Shown here in pieces: positions 62,932-64,000 of a DNA stretch of 64,000 nt. Origin of the DNA: an uncultured Planctomycetota bacterium (GTDB lineage: Bacteria > Planctomycetota > Phycisphaerae > Tepidisphaerales > Tepidisphaeraceae); assembly GCA_963841915.1 (NCBI GenBank), contig CAWJEN010000006.1, positions 352,001-416,000 on the forward strand, written 5' to 3'. The notes under the pieces were generated by a model, which saw only the letters and a program-made list of their open reading frames with translations, was not told the origin of the DNA and made no database searches. Numbering within the stretch: position 1 is the first letter of the stretch; each line of letters begins with the position of its first letter. Made by a program: the position numbers and the translations under genes.

Positions 62932-63915
62932 ATGCTCCCCGATGTCGCCGTCACGCTCGGTGGCGTCTTTCTGATGATCGCCGCGGGATTTGTCATGCGC
63001 CGCCACCGGTGGATCGGCGACGGGGCCGACGCGACCTTGCTCAAACTGCTCGTCCGCGTCTTCGTCCCGGCCCTCATCGTCACCCGCGTCCTCGGAAACG
63101 AGGCGCTCGAAGACCCGCGCAACATCTTGTGGCCACCCGCACTTGCATTCGCGCTCGTCACCTTCGGCATCGGACTCGCCTACCTCGTTGGCAGGCTCTT
63201 CCGACGACAGATCGGCGACGACCGGGCCGTCCGCACGTTCGCCCTGTGCACGGGCATGTTCAACTACGGCTACATCACCATCCCGCTCGTCGCCAGCGTC
63301 TTCGAACCGACCGGCACGACGACAGGTGTGCTGTTCGTCTTCAACCTCGGCGTCGAGGCGGCCATGTGGGGCGTGGGCGTGACGGTGCTGGCCGGGTCGC
63401 TGGCCCGAGGCTGGTGGAAGCGGCTCTTCAGCCCGCCGGTCATCGCGACGCTGGTGGCGCTGATGGTCAACGTGGCCGACCTGTGGCTCGGCATCAGTGA
63501 CAGATTGCCGGCCGTTGCGACAGGCGGGCTCGAGAGTGTCGGCCTGTCGCTCGGGTGGCTCGGCGACGCGGCCATCCCGCTGGGCTTGCTCCTGACGGGC
63601 TCGACCATTGCCGACGATTGGGCCCAGTGCCAACTGCGTAAGGGTGTGGCGACGGTGACGCTGTCGAGCGTGATGCGGCTGGCGGTGCTGCCGCTGGCGT
63701 TCATCGCGCTGGCAATGACGTTGCCGCTAACGATTGAGTTGAAACGGGTTCTGGTGCTCCAAGCGGCCATGCCGGCGGCGGTGTTTCCGATCGTCCTGTC
63801 TCGTCACTACGGGGGCGACGTGAGGGTTGCGCTGCGGGTCGTGGTCGGCACGAGCCTGCTCGCACTGGCGACGATGCCGCTGTGGGTGACACTGGGGCTG
63901 TGGCTTGTCGGGTGA
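62932..63915 (+). CDS. AEC (auxin efflux carrier) family transporter
   Basis: About 10 TM helices, FNYGYITIP, SPPVIA, AAIPLGLLLTG, QAAMPAAV. Confidence 0.9.
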   Translation: MLPDVAVTLGGVFLMIAAGFVMRRHRWIGDGADATLLKLLVRVFVPALIVTRVLGNEALEDPRNILWPPALAFALVTFGIGLAYLVGRLFRRQIGDDRAVRTFALCTGMFNYGYITIPLVASVFEPTGTTTGVLFVFNLGVEAAMWGVGVTVLAGSLARGWWKRLFSPPVIATLVALMVNVADLWLGISDRLPAVATGGLESVGLSLGWLGDAAIPLGLLLTGSTIADDWAQCQLRKGVATVTLSSVMRLAVLPLAFIALAMTLPLTIELKRVLVLQAAMPAAVFPIVLSRHYGGDVRVALRVVVGTSLLALATMPLWVTLGLWLVG

Positions 63916-64000
63916 AGAATTAGGACGATGATCGGGTCGTCTGGCACGGGGCTTGCCACCGTACGGATACCTATCATGCCTACCTCAGATAAGATCGATG

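Overview
High-GC chromosomal window of a planctomycete, most likely Phycisphaerae-like. The signs are a LExRRLLA-type export signal, PEP-CTERM/dockerin proteins and an ECF sigma-Ser/Thr kinase pair. It lies near the replication origin: it contains dnaA and two canonical parS palindromes (62233, 62299), among housekeeping genes (udg, rfbB, pgk, trpC, aroK, pyrH, frr, tsaD, deoC, dus, yacG, crcB), envelope glycosyltransferases, tRNA-Glu(CTC) and a probable 6S RNA. The most striking feature is a plasmid/phage-type replication and partition toolkit around dnaA, with no visible mobility genes. (i) Directly downstream of dnaA is a small ribbon-helix-helix gene plus a 596-aa Rep-like protein. The Rep has two tandem lambda-O-like domains and six ~23-bp iteron-like repeats inside its own gene. 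(ii) About 6 kb upstream of dnaA is a ParA with a non-ParB partner. The operon is bracketed by three copies of the palindrome AGTGTG-N4-CACACT, a GGCACGGA tandem array and an AT-rich patch. No DnaA-box cluster or dnaN is visible beside dnaA. Together this suggests a domesticated Rep/iteron origin at or replacing oriC (inference). All family assignments come from motif recognition by eye; no database searches were run.
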